From NCBI GenBank assembly GCA_964016885.1, contig CAXHJY010000096.1, positions 1,116,001 to 1,180,000 of the forward strand: DNA of 64,000 nt. Reading direction: 5' to 3'. Positions 24,501 to 37,800 of the stretch are shown piece after piece (position 1 is the first letter of the stretch; the number at the start of each line of letters is the position of its first letter). Below the pieces are notes generated by a model. The model had not been told where the DNA came from and searched no databases. It saw nothing but the letters and a program-made list of their open reading frames with translations. The translations under genes and the position numbers were made by a program. This stretch comes from Eledone cirrhosa. Lineage: Eukaryota.

Positions 24501-27500
24501 TCAGGGGGAGATAATTTGAAAAAAATATCAAGGGGAGATAATTTCCAGCCCTCCAAGGGGCTATAATTTCCAGCGTCCAAGGGGAGATAATTTCCAGCCA
24601 GCGAAGGGGAGATAATTTTTTTAAAAAAATCATTGGGAGATTTGTAAAAAAAATCAGGGGGAGATAATTTGTAAAAAAAATCAAGGGGAGATAATTTCCA
24701 GCCGTCCAAGGGGAGGTAATATCTAGCCGTCCAAGGGGAGATAATTTCCAGCCGTCCAAGGGGAGATAATTTCCAGCCGTCCAAGGGTAGATAATATCCA
24801 GCCGTCCAAGGACATATTTTCCAGCCGTCCAAGGAGAGGTAATTTCTAGCCGTCCAAGGGGAGATAAATTCCAGCCTCCAAGGTGAGATAATTTCCAGCC
24901 AGCCAAGGGGAGATAATTTGTAAAAAAATCAGGGGGAGATAATTTGTAAAAAAAATCAGGGGGAGATAATTTGTAAAAAAAAATCAGGGGGAGATAATTT
25001 GTAAAAAAAATCAGGGGGAGATAATTTGTAAAAAAAAATCAGGGGGAGATAATTTGTAAAAAAAATCAAGGGGAGATAATTTCCAGCCGTCCAAGGGGAG
25101 ATAATTTCCCGCCAGCCAAGGGAAGATAATATTTAAAAAAATCAGGCGGAGATAATTTGTAAAAAAATCAGGGGGAGATAATTTGTAAAAAAATCAGGGG
25201 GAGATAATTTGTAAAAAAAAAATCAGGGGGAGATAATTTGTAAAAAAAATCAGGGGGAGATAATTTGTAAAAAAAAATCAGGGGTAGATAAATTGTAAAA
25301 AAAAATCAGGGGGAGATAATTTGTAAAAAAAATCAGGGGGAGATAATTTGTAAAAAAAATGAAAGGGGAGATAATATCCAGCCGTCCAAGGGGAGATAAT
25401 TTCCAGCCGTCCAAGGGGAGATAATTTCCAGCCGTCCAAGGGGAGATAATTTCCATCCTTCCAAGGGGATATAATTTCCAGCCGTCCAAGGGGAGATAAT
25501 TTCCCGCCAGCCAAGGGAAGATAATTTTTAAAAAAATCAGGCGGAGATTGTAAAAAAAATCAGGGGGGAGATAATTTGTAAAAAAATCAGGGGGAGATAA
25601 TTTGTAAAAAAAAATCAGGGGGAGATAATTTGTAAAAAATAATCAGGGGGAGATAATTTGTAAAAAAAAATCAAGGGGAGATAATTTCCAGCCGTCCAAG
25701 GGGAGATAATTTCCCGCCAGCCAAGGGAAGATAATATTTAAAAAAATTAGGCGGAGATAATTTGTAAAAAAAATCAGGGGGAGATAATTTGTAAAAAAAT
25801 CAGGGGGAGATAATTTGTAAAAAAAATCAGGGGGAGATAATTTGTAAAAAAAATCATGGGGAGATAATTTGTAAAAAAAAATCAGGGGTAGATAATTTGT
25901 AAAAAAAAATCAGGGGGAGATAATTTGTAAAAAAAAATCAGGGGGAGATAATTTGTAAAAAAAATCAAGGGGAGATAATTTCCAGCCGTCCAAGGGGAGA
26001 TAATTTTCAGCTGTCCAAGGAGAGGTAATTTCTAGCCGTCCAAGGGGAGATAATTTCCAGCCGTCCAAGGGGAGGTAATTTCCAGCCGTCCAAGGGGAGA
26101 TAATTTTAAAAAAAAAATCAGGCGGAGATAATTTGTAAAAAAAATCAAGGGGAGATAATTTGCAGCCGTCCAAGGGGAGATAATTTTCAGTCGTCCAAGG
26201 AGAGGTAATTTCTAGCCGTCCAAGGGGAGATAATTGCCAGCCGTCCAAGGGGAGATAATTTCCAGCCGTCCAAGGGGAGATAATTTTTTTTAAAAAATCA
26301 GGCGGAGATAATTTGTAAAAAAAATCAGGGGGAGATAATTTGTAAACAAAATCAGGGGGAGATAATTTGTAAAAAAAAATCAGGGGGAGATAATTTGTAA
26401 AAAAAATCATGGAGAGATAATTTCCAGCCGTCCAAGGTGAGATAATTTCCAGCCGTCCAAGGAGACATATTTTCCAGCCGTCCAAGGCGAGGTAATTTCT
26501 AGCCGTCCAAGGGGAGATAAATTCCAGCCTCCAAGGGGAGATAATTTCCAGCCAGCCAAGTGGAGATAATTTGTAAAAAAATCAGGGGGAGATAATTTGT
26601 AAAAAATATCAGGGAGATAATTTGTAAAAAAAAATCAGGGGGAGATAATTTGTAAAAAAAATCAGGGGGAGATAATTTGTAAAAAAAAATCAGGTGGAGA
26701 TAATTTGTAAAAAAAATCAAGGGGAGATAATTTTCAGCCGTCCAAGGGGAGATAATTTCCCGCCAGCCATGGGAAGATAATATTTAAAAAAATCAGGCGG
26801 AGATAATTTGTAAAAAAAATCAGGGGGAGATAATTTGTAAAAAAATCAGGGGGAGATAATTTGTAAAAAAAAAATCAGGGGGAGATAATTTGTAAAAAAA
26901 ATCAGGGGGAGATAATTTGTAAAAAAAAATCAAGGGGAGATAATTTCCAGCCGTCCAAGGGGATATAATTTCCAGCCGTCCAAGGGGAGATAATTTCCAT
27001 CCTTCCAAGGGGATATAATTTCCAGCCGTCCAAGGGGAGATAATTTCCCGCCAGCCAAGGGAAGATAATTTTTAAAAAAATCAGGCGGAGATTGTAAAAA
27101 AAATCAGGGGGGAGATAATTTGTAAAAAAATCAGGAGGAGATAATTTGTAAAAAATAATCAGGGGGAGATAATTTGTAAAAAAATTCAAGGGGAGATAAT
27201 TTCCAGCCGTCCAAGGGGAGATAATTTCCCGCCAGCCAAGGGAAGATAATATTTAAAAAAATTAGGCGGAGATAATTTGTAAAAAAAATCAGGGGGAGAT
27301 AATTTGTAAAAAAATCAAGGGGAGATAATTTGTAAAAAAAATCAGGGGGAGATAATTTGTAAAAAAAATCATGGGGAGATAATTTGTAAAAAAAAATCAG
27401 GGGTAGATAATTTGTAAAAAAAAATCAGGGGGAGATAATTTGTAAAAAAAAATCAGGGGGAGATAATTTGTAAAAAAAATCAAGGGGAGATAATATCCAG

Positions 27501-28269
27501 CCGTCCAAGGAGAGATAATTTTAAAAAAAAATGAGGCGGAGATAATTTGTAAAAAAAAAATCAGGGGGAGTTAATTTGTAAAGAAAAATGAGGGGGAGAT
27601 AATTTGTAAAAAAAATCAAGGGGAGATAATTTCCAGCCGTCCAAGGGGAGATAATTTTCAGCCGTCCAAGGAGAGGTAATTTCTAGCCGTCCAAGGGGAG
27701 ATAATTTCCAGCCGTCCAAGGGGAGGTAATTTCCAGCCGTCCAAGGGGAGATAAATTAAAAAAAAAATCAGGCGGAGATAATTTGTAAAAAAAATCAAGG
27801 GGAGATAATTTGCAGCCGTCCAATGGGAGATAATTTTCAGTCGTCCAAGGAGAGGTAATTTCTAGCCGTCCAAGGGGAGATAATTTCCAGCCGTCCAAGG
27901 AGAGATAATTTCCAGCCGTCCAAGGGGAGATAATTTTTTTTTAAAAATCAGGGGGAGATAATTTGTAAAAAAAATTAGGCGTAGATAATTTGTAAAAAAA
28001 AATCAGGGGGAGATAATTTGTAAAAAAAAATCAGGGGGAGATAATTTGTTTAAAAAATCAAGGGGAGATAATTTGCAGCCGTCCAAGGGGAGATAATTTT
28101 CAGCCGTCCAAGGAGAGGTAATTTCTAGCCGTTCAAGGGGAGATAATTTCCAGCCGTCCAAGGGGAGATAATTTCCAGCCGTCCAAGGGGAGATAATTTT
28201 TTTTTAAAAATCAGGCGGACATAATTTGTAAAAAAAAATCAGGGGGAGATAATTCGTAAAAAAAAATCA

Positions 28270-31200
28270 GGGGGAGATAATTTGTAAAAAAAAATCAGGG
28301 GGAGATAATTTGTAAAAAAAATCAAGGGGAGATAATTTCCAGCCGTCCAAGGGAAGATAATTTCCAGCCCTCCAAGGGGCTATAATTTCCAGCGTCCAAG
28401 GGGAGATAATTTCCAGCCAGCGAAGGGGAGATAATTTTTTAAAAAAAATCATTGGGAGATTTGTAAAAAAAATCAGGGGGAGATAATTTGTAAAAAAAAT
28501 CAAGGGGAGATAATTTCCAGCCGTCCAAGGGGAGGTAATATCTAGCCGTCCAAGGGTAGATAATTTCCAGCCGTCCAACGGGAGATAATTTCCAGCCGTC
28601 CAAGGGTAGATAATATCCAGCCGCCCAAGGACATATTTTCCAGCCGTCCAAGGAGAGGTAATTTCTAGCCGTCCAAGGGGAGATAATTTCCAGCCGTCCA
28701 AGGGTAGATAATATCCAGCCGTCCAAGGACATATTTTCCAGCCGTCCAAGGAGAGGTAATTTCTAGCCGTCCAAGGGGAGATAAATTCCAGCCTCCAAGG
28801 GGAGATAATTTCCAGCCAGCCAAGGGGAGATAATTTGTAAAAAAATCAGGGGGAGATAATTTGTAAAAAAAATCAGGGGGAGATAATTTGTAAAAAAAAT
28901 CAGGGGGAGATAATTTGTAAAAAAAAATCAGGGGGAGATAATTTGTAAAAAAAAATCAGGGGGAGATAATTTGCAAAAAAAATCAGGGGGAGATAATTTG
29001 TAAAAAAAAATCAGGCGGAGATAATTTGTAAAAAAAAATCAGGGGGAGATAATTTGTAAAAAAAAATCAGGGGGAGATAATTTGTAAAAAAAATCAAGGG
29101 GAGATAATTTCCAGCCGTCCAAGGGGAGATAATTTTCAGCCGTCCAAGGGGAGATAATTTCCCGCCAGCCAAGGGAAGATAATATTCAAAAAAATCAGGC
29201 GGAGATAATTTGTAAAAAAAATCAGGGGGAGATAATTTGTAAAAAAATCAGGGGGAGATAATTTGTAAAAAAAAAAATCAGGGGGAGATAATTTTTAAAA
29301 AAAATCAGGGGGAGATAATTTGTAAAAAAAAATCAGGGGTAGATAATTTGTAAAAAAAAATCAGGGGGAGATAATTTGTAAAAAAAAATCAGGGGGAGAT
29401 AATTTGTAAAAAAAATGAAAGGGGAGATAATATCCAGCCGTCCAAGGGGAGATAATTTCCAGCCGTCCAAGGGGAGATAATTTCCAGCCGTCCAAGGGGA
29501 GATAATTTCCATCCTTCCAAGGGGATATAATTTCCAGCCGTCCAAGGGGAGATAATTTCCATCCTTCCAAGGGGATATAATTTCCAGCCGTCCAAGGGGA
29601 GATAATTTTCAGCCGTCCAAGGAGAGGTAATTTCTAGCCGTCCAAGGAGAGATAATTTCCAGCCGTCCAAGGGGAGATGATTTCCAGCCGTCCAAGGGGA
29701 GATAATTTCCAGCCGTCCAAGGAGACATATTTTCCAGCCGTCCAAGGAGAGGTAATTCCTAGCCGTCCAAGGGGAGATAAATTCCAGCCTCCAAGGGGAG
29801 ATAATTTCCAGCCAGCCAAGGGGAGATAATTTGTAAAAAAAATCAGGGGGAGATAATTTGTAAAAAAAATCAGGGGGAGATAATTTGTAAAAAAAAATCA
29901 GGGGGAGATAATTTGTAAAAAATAATCAGGGGGAGATAATTTGTAAAAAAAATCAAGGGGAGATAATTTCCAGCCGTCCAAGGGGAGATAATTTTCAGCC
30001 GTCCAAGGGGAGATAATTTCCCGCCAGCCAAGGGAAGATAATATTTAAAAAAATTAGGCGGAGATAATTTGTAAAAAAAATCAGGGGGAGATAATTTGTA
30101 AAAAAATCAGGGGGAGATAATTTGTAAAAAAAATCAGGGGGAGATAATTTGTAAAAAAAATCAGGGGGAGATAATTTGTAAAAAAAAATCAGGGGGAGAT
30201 AATTTGTAAAAAAAATCAAGGGGAGATAATTTCCAGCCGTCCAAGGGAAGATAATTTCCAGCCCTCCAAGGGGCTATAATTTCCAGCGTCCAAGGGGAGA
30301 TAATTTCCAGCCAGCGAAGGGGAGATAATTTTTTTTAAAAAATCATTGGGAGATTTGTAAAAAAAATCAGGGGGAGATAATTTGTAAAAAAAATCAAGGG
30401 GAGATAATTTCCAGCCGTCCAAGGGGAGGTAATATCTTGCCGTCCAAGGGGAGATAATTTCCAGCCGTCCAAGGGGAGATAATTTCCAGCCGTCCAAGGG
30501 TAGATAATATCCAGCCGTCCAAGGACATATTTTCCAGCCGTCCAAGGAGAGGTAATTTCTAGCCGTCCAAGGGGAGATAAATTCCAGCCTCCAAGGTGAG
30601 ATAATTTCCAGCCAGCCAAGGGGAGATAATTTGTAAAAAAATCAGGGATAGATAATTTGTAAAAAAAATCAGGGGGAGATAATTTGTAAAAAAAAATCAG
30701 GGGGAGATAATTTGTAAAAAAAATCAGGGGGAGATAATTTGTAAAAAAAAATCAGGGGGAGATAATTTGTAAAAAAAATCAAGGGGAGATAATTTCCAGC
30801 CGTCCAAGGGGAGATAATTTCCCGCCAGCCAAGGGAAGATAATATTTAAAAAAATCAGGCGGAGATAATTTGTAAAAAAAATCAGGGGGAGATAATTTGT
30901 AAAAAAATCAGGGGGAGATAATTTGTAAAAAAAAAATCAGGGGGAGATAATTTGTAAAAAAAATCAGGGGGAGATAATTTGTAAAAAAAAATCAGGGGTA
31001 GATAAATTGTAAAAAAAAATCAGGGGGAGATAATTTGTAAAAAAAATCAGGGGGAGATAATTTGTAAAAAAAATGAAAGGGGAGATAATATCCAGCCGTC
31101 CAAGGGGAGATAATTTCCAGCCGTCCAAGGGGAGATAATTTCCAGCCGTCCAAGGGGAGATAATTTCCATCCTTCCAAGGGGATATAATTTCCAGCCGTC

Positions 31201-34200
31201 CAAGGGGAGATAATTTCCCGCCAGCCAAGGGAAGATAATTTTTAAAAAAATCAGGCGGAGATTGTAAAAAAAATCAGGGGGGAGATAATTTGTAAAAAAA
31301 TCAGGGGGAGATAATTTGTAAAAAATAATCAGGGGGAGATAATTTGTAAAAAAAAATCAAGGGGAGATAATTTCCAGCCGTCCAAGGGGAGATAATTTCC
31401 CGCCAGCCAAGGGAAGATAATATTTAAAAAAATTAGGCGGAGATAATTTGTAAAAAAAATCAGGGGGAGATAATTTGTAAAAAAATCAGGGGGAGATAAT
31501 TTGTAAAAAAAATCAGGGGGAGATAATTTGTAAAAAAAATCATGGGGAGATAATTTGTAAAAAAAAATCAGGGGGAGATAATTTGTAAAAAAAATCAAGG
31601 GGAGATAATTTCCAGCCGTCCAAGGGGAGATAATTTTCAGCTGTCCAAGGAGAGGTAATTTCTAGCCGTCCAAGGGGAGATAATTTCCAGCCGTCCAAGG
31701 GGAGGTAATTTCCAGCCGTCCAAGGGGAGATAATTTTAAAAAAAAAATCAGGCGGAGATAATTTGTAAAAAAAATCAAGGGGAGATAATTTGCAGCCGTC
31801 CAAGGGGAGATAATTTTCAGTCGTCCAAGGAGAGGTAATTTCTAGCCGTCCAAGGGGAGATAATTGCCAGCCGTCCAAGGGGAGATAATTTCCAGCCGTC
31901 CAAGGGGAGATAATTTTTTTTAAAAAATCAGGCGGAGATAATTTGTAAAAAAAATCAGGGGGAGATAATTTGTAAAAAAAATCAGGGTGAGATAATTTGT
32001 AAAAAAAAATCAGGGGTAGATAATTTGTAAAAAAAAATCAGGGGGAGATAATTTGTAAAAAAAATCAAGGGGAGATAATTTCCAGCCGTCCAAGGGAAGA
32101 TAATTTCCAGCCCTCCAAGGGGCTATAATTTCCAGCGTCCAAGGGGAGATAATTTCCAGCCAGCGAAGGGGAGATAATTTTTTAAAAAAAATCATTGGGA
32201 GATTTGTAAAAAAAATCAGGGGGAGATAATTTGTAAAAAAAATCAAGGGGAGATAATTTCCAGCCGTCCAAGGGGAGGTAATATCTAGCCGTCCAAGGGT
32301 AGATAATTTCCAGCCGTCCAACGGGAGATAATTTCCAGCCGTCCAAGGGTAGATAATATCCAGCCGCCCAAGGACATATTTTCCAGCCGTCCAAGGAGAG
32401 GTAATTTCTAGCCGTCCAAGGGGAGATAATTTCCAGCCGTCCAAGGGTAGATAATATCCAGCCGTCCAAGGACATATTTTCCAGCCGTCCAAGGAGAGGT
32501 AATTTCTAGCCGTCCAAGGGGAGATAAATTCCAGCCTCCAAGGGGAGATAATTTCCAGCCAGCCAAGGGGAGATAATTTGTAAAAAAATCAGGGGGAGAT
32601 AATTTGTAAAAAAAATCAGGGGGAGATAATTTGTAAAAAAAAATCAGGGGGAGATAATTTGTAAAAAAAAATCAGGGGGAGATAATTTGCAAAAAAAATC
32701 AGGGGGAGATAATTTGTAAAAAAAAATCAGGGGTAGATAATTTGTAAAAAAAAATCAGGGGGAGATAATTTGTAAAAAAAAATCAGGGGGAGATAATTTG
32801 TAAAAAAAATCAAGGGGAGATAATTTCCAGCCGTCCAAGGAGAGATAATTTTAAAAAAAATCAGGCGGAGATAATTTGTAAAAAAAAATCAGGGGGAGAT
32901 AATTTGTAAAAAAAAATCAGGGGGAGATAATTTGTAAAAAAAAATCAGGGGGAGATAATTTGTAAAAAAAATCAGGAGGAGATAATTTGTAAAAAAAATC
33001 AAGGGGAGATAATTTCCAGCCGTCCAAGGAGAGATAATTTAAAAAAAAATCAGGCGGAGATAATTTGTAAAAAAAAATCAGGGGGAGATAATTTGTAAAA
33101 AAAATCAGGGGGAGATAATTTGTAAAAAAAATCAAGGGGAGATAATTTCCAGCCGTCCAAGGGGAGATAATTTTCAGCCGTCCAAGGGGAGATAATTTCC
33201 CGCCAGCCAAGGGAAGATAATATTCAAAAAAATCAGGCGGAGATAATTTGTAAAAAAAATCAGGGGGAGATAATTTGTAAAAAAATCAGGGGGAGATAAT
33301 TTGTAAAAAAAAAAATCAGGGGGAGATAATTTTTAAAAAAAATCAGGGGGAGATAATTTGTAAAAAAAAATCAGGGGTAGATAATTTGTAAAAAAAAATC
33401 AGGGGGAGATAATTTGTAAAAAAAAATCAAGGGGAGATAACTTGTAAAAAAAATGAAAGGGGAGATAATATCCAGCCGTCCAAGGGGAGATAATTTCCAG
33501 CCGTCCAAGGGGAGATAATTTCCAGCCGTCCAAGGGGAGATAATTTCCATCCTTCCAAGGGGATATAATTTCCAGCCGTCCAAGGGGAGATAATTTCCAT
33601 CCTTCCAAGGGGATATAATTTCCAGCCGTCCAAGGGGAGATAATTTTCAGCCGTCCAAGGAGAGGTAATTTCTAGCCGTCCAAGGAGAGATAATTTCCAG
33701 CCGTCCAAGGGGAGATAATTTCCAGCCGTCCAAGGGGAGATAATTTCCAGCCGTCCAAGGAGACATATTTTCCAGCCGTCCAAGGAGAGGTAATTCCTAG
33801 CCGTCCAAGGGGAGATAAATTCCAGCCTCCAAGGGGAGATAATTTCCAGCCAGCCAAGGGGAGATAATTTGTAAAAAAAATCAGGGGGAGATAATTTGTA
33901 AAAAAAATCAGGGGGAGATAATTTGTAAAAAAAAATCAGGGGGAGATAATTTGTAAAAAATAATCAGGGGGAGATAATTTGTAAAAAAAATCAAGGGGAG
34001 ATAATTTCCAGCCGTCCAAGGGGAGATAATTTTCAGCCGTCCAAGGGGAGATAATTTCCCGCCAGCCAAGGGAAGATAATATTTAAAAAAATTAGGCGGA
34101 GATAATTTGTAAAAAAAATCAGGGGGAGATAATTTGTAAAAAAATCAGGGGGAGATAATTTGTAAAAAAAATCAGGGGGAGATAATTTGTAAAAAAAATC

Positions 34201-34800
34201 AGGGGGAGATAATTTGTAAAAAAAAATCAGGGGGAGATAATTTGTAAAAAAATCAAGGGGAGATAATTTCCAGCCGTCCAAGGGAAGATAATTTCCAGCC
34301 CTCCAAGGGGCTATAATTTCCAGCGTCCAAGGGGAGATAATTTCCAGCCAGCGAAGGGGAGATAATTTTTTTTAAAAAATCATTGGGAGATTTGTAAAAA
34401 AAATCAGGGGGAGATAATTTGTAAAAAAAATCAAGGGGAGATAATTTCCAGCCGTCCAAGGGGAGGTAATATCTAGCCGTCCAAGGGGAGATAATTTCCA
34501 GCCGTCCAAGGGGAGATAATTTCCAGCCGTCCAAGGGTAGATAATATCCAGCCGTCCAAGGACATATTTTCCAGCCGTCCAAGGAGAGGTAATTTCTAGC
34601 CGTCCAAGGGGAGATAAATTCCAGCCTCCAAGGTGAGATAATTTCCAGCCAGCCAAGGGGAGATAATTTGTAAAAAAATCAGGGGGAGATAATTTGTAAA
34701 AAAAATCAGGGGGAGATAATTTGTAAAAAAAAATCAGGGGGAGATAATTTGTAAAAAAAATCAGGGGGAGATAATTTGTAAAAAAAAATCAGGGGGAGAT
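28270..34800 (+). repeat. Imperfect duplication with a ~3.74-4.04 kb offset
   Basis: ORF pairs 28267/32010 (3743), 29333/33371 and 29995/34033 (4038). The T6A8 CATTGGG variant is shared at 28435 and ~32178. The offset change implies an internal indel of about 295 bp. Confidence 0.7.
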
Positions 34801-37800
34801 AATTTGTAAAAAAAATCAAGGGGAGATAATTTGTAAAAAAAAATCAGGGGGAGATAATTTGTAAAAAAAATCAGGGGGAGATAATTTGTAAAAAAAATCA
34901 GGGGGAGATAATTTGTAAAAAAAAATCAGGGGTAGATAAATTGTAAAAAAAAATCAGGGGGAGATAATTTGTAAAAAAAATCAGGGGGAGATAATTTGTA
35001 AAAAAAATGAAAGGGGAGATAATATCCAGCCGTCCAAGGGGAGATAATTTCCAGCCTTCCAAGGGGAGATAATTTCCAGCCGTCCAAGGGGAGATAATTT
35101 CCATCCTTCCAAGGGGATATAATTTCCAGCCGTCCAAGGGGAGATAATTTCCCGCCAGCCAAGGGAAGATAATTTTTAAAAAAATCAGGCGGAGATTGTA
35201 AAAAAAATCAGGGGGGAGATAATTTGTAAAAAAATCAGGGGGAGATAATTTGTAAAAAAAAATCAGGGGGAGATAATTTGTAAAAATAATCAGGGGGAGA
35301 TAATTTGTAAAAAAAAATCAAGGGGAGATAATTTCCAGCCGTCCAAGGGGAGATAATTTCCCGCCAGCCAAGGGAAGATAATATTTAAAAAAATTAGGCG
35401 GAGATAATTTGTAAAAAAAATCAGGGGGAGATAATTTGTAAAAAAATCAGGGGGAGATAATTTGTAAAAAAAATCAGGGGGAGATAATTTGTAAAAAAAA
35501 TCATGGGGAGATAATTTGTAAAAAAAAATCAGGGGTAGATAATTTGTAAAAAAAAATCAGGGGGAGATAATTTGTAAAAAAAAATCAGGGGGAGATAATT
35601 TGTAAAAAAAATCAAGGGGAGATAATTTCCAGCCGTCCAAGGGGAGATAATTTTCAGCTGTCCAAGGAGAGGTAATTTCTAGCCGTCCAAGGGGAGATAA
35701 TTTCCAGCCGTCCAAGGGGAGGTAATTTCCAGCCGTCCAAGGGGAGATAATTTTAAAAAAAAAATCAGGCGGAGATAATTTGTAAAAAAAATCAAGGGGA
35801 GATAATTTGCAGCCGTCCAAGGGGAGATAATTTTCAGTCGTCCAAGGAGAGGTAATTTCTAGCCGTCCAAGGGGAGATAATTGCCAGCCGTCCAAGGGGA
35901 GATAATTTCCAGCCGTCCAAGGGGAGATAATTTTTTTTAAAAAATCAGGCGGAGATAATTTGTAAAAAAAATCAGGGGGAGATAATTTGTAAACAAAATC
36001 AGGGGGAGATAATTTGTAAAAAAAAATCAGGGGGAGATAATTTGTAAAAAAAATCATGGAGAGATAATTTCCAGCCGTCCAAGGTGAGATAATTTCCAGC
36101 CGTCCAAGGAGACATATTTTCCAGCCGTCCAAGGCGAGGTAATTTCTAGCCGTCCAAGGGGAGATAAATTCCAGCCTCCAAGGGGAGATAATTTCCAGCC
36201 AGCCAAGTGGAGATAATTTGTAAAAAAATCAGGGGGAGATAATTTGTAAAAAATATCGGAGATAATTTGTAAAAAAAAATCAGGGGGAGATAATTTGTAA
36301 AAAAAATCAGGGGGAGATAATTTGTAAAAAAAATCAGGGGGAGATAATTTGTAAAAAAAATCAAGGGGAGATAATTTCCAGCCGTCCAAGGGGAGATAAT
36401 TTTCAGCCGTCCAAGGGGAGATAATTTCCCGCCAGCCATGGGAAGATAATATTTAAAAAAATCAGGCGGAGATAATTTGTAAAAAAAATCAGGGGGAGAT
36501 AATTTGTAAAAAAATCAGGGGGAGATAATTTGTAAAAAAAAAATCAGGGGGAGATAATTTGTAAAAAAAATCAGGGGGAGATAATTTGTAAAAAAAAATC
36601 AGGGGTAGATAATTTGTAAAAAAAAATCAGGGGGAGATAATTTGTAAAAAAAAATCAGGGGGAGATAATTTGTAAAAAAATGAAAGGGGAGATAATATCC
36701 AGCCGTCCAAGGGGAGATAATTTCCAGCCGTCCAAGGGGATATAATTTCCAGCCGTCCAAGGGGAGATAATTTCCATCCTTCCAAGGGGATATAATTTCC
36801 AGCCGTCCAAGGGGAGATAATTTCCCGCCAGCCAAGGGAAGATAATTTTTAAAAAAATCAGGCGGAGATTGTAAAAAAAATCAGGGGGGAGATAATTTGT
36901 AAAAAAATCAGGAGGAGATAATTTGTAAAAAATAATCAGGGGGAGATAATTTGTAAAAAAATTCAAGGGGAGATAATTTCCAGCCGTCCAAGGGGAGATA
37001 ATTTCCCGCCAGCCAAGGGAAGATAATATTTAAAAAAATTAGGCGGAGATAATTTGTAAAAAAAATCAGGGGGAGATAATTTGTAAAAAAATCAGGGGGA
37101 GATAATTTGTAAAAAAAATCAGGGGGAGATAATTTGTAAAAAAAATCATGGGGAGATAATTTGTAAAAAAAAATCAGGGGTAGATAATTTGTAAAAAAAA
37201 ATCAGGGGGAGATAATTTGTAAAAAAAAATCAGGGGGAGATAATTTGTAAAAAAAATCAAGGGGAGATAATATCCAGCCGTCCAAGGAGAGATAATTTTT
37301 AAAAAAAATGAGGCGGAGATAATTTGTAAAAAAAAAATCAGGGGGAGTTAATTTGTAAAAAAAAATGAGGGGGAGATAATTTGTAAAAAAAATCAAGGGG
37401 AGATAATTTCCAGCCGTCCAAGGGGAGATAATTTTCAGCCGTCCAAGGAGAGGTAATTTCTAGCCGTCCAAGGGGAGATAATTTCCAGCCGTCCAAGGGG
37501 AGGTAATTTCCAGCCGTCCAAGGGGAGATAAATTAAAAAAAAAATCAGGCGGAGATAATTTGTAAAAAAAATCAAGGGGAGATAATTTGCAGCCGTCCAA
37601 TGGGAGATAATTTTCAGTCGTCCAAGGAGAGGTAATTTCTAGCCGTCCAAGGGGAGATAATTTCCAGCCGTCCAAGGGGAGATAATTTCCAGCCGTCCAA
37701 GGGGAGATAATTTTTTTTTAAAAATCAGGCGGAGATAATTTGTAAAAAAAATCAGGGGGAGATAATTTGTAAACAAAATCAGGGGGAGATAATTTGTAAA

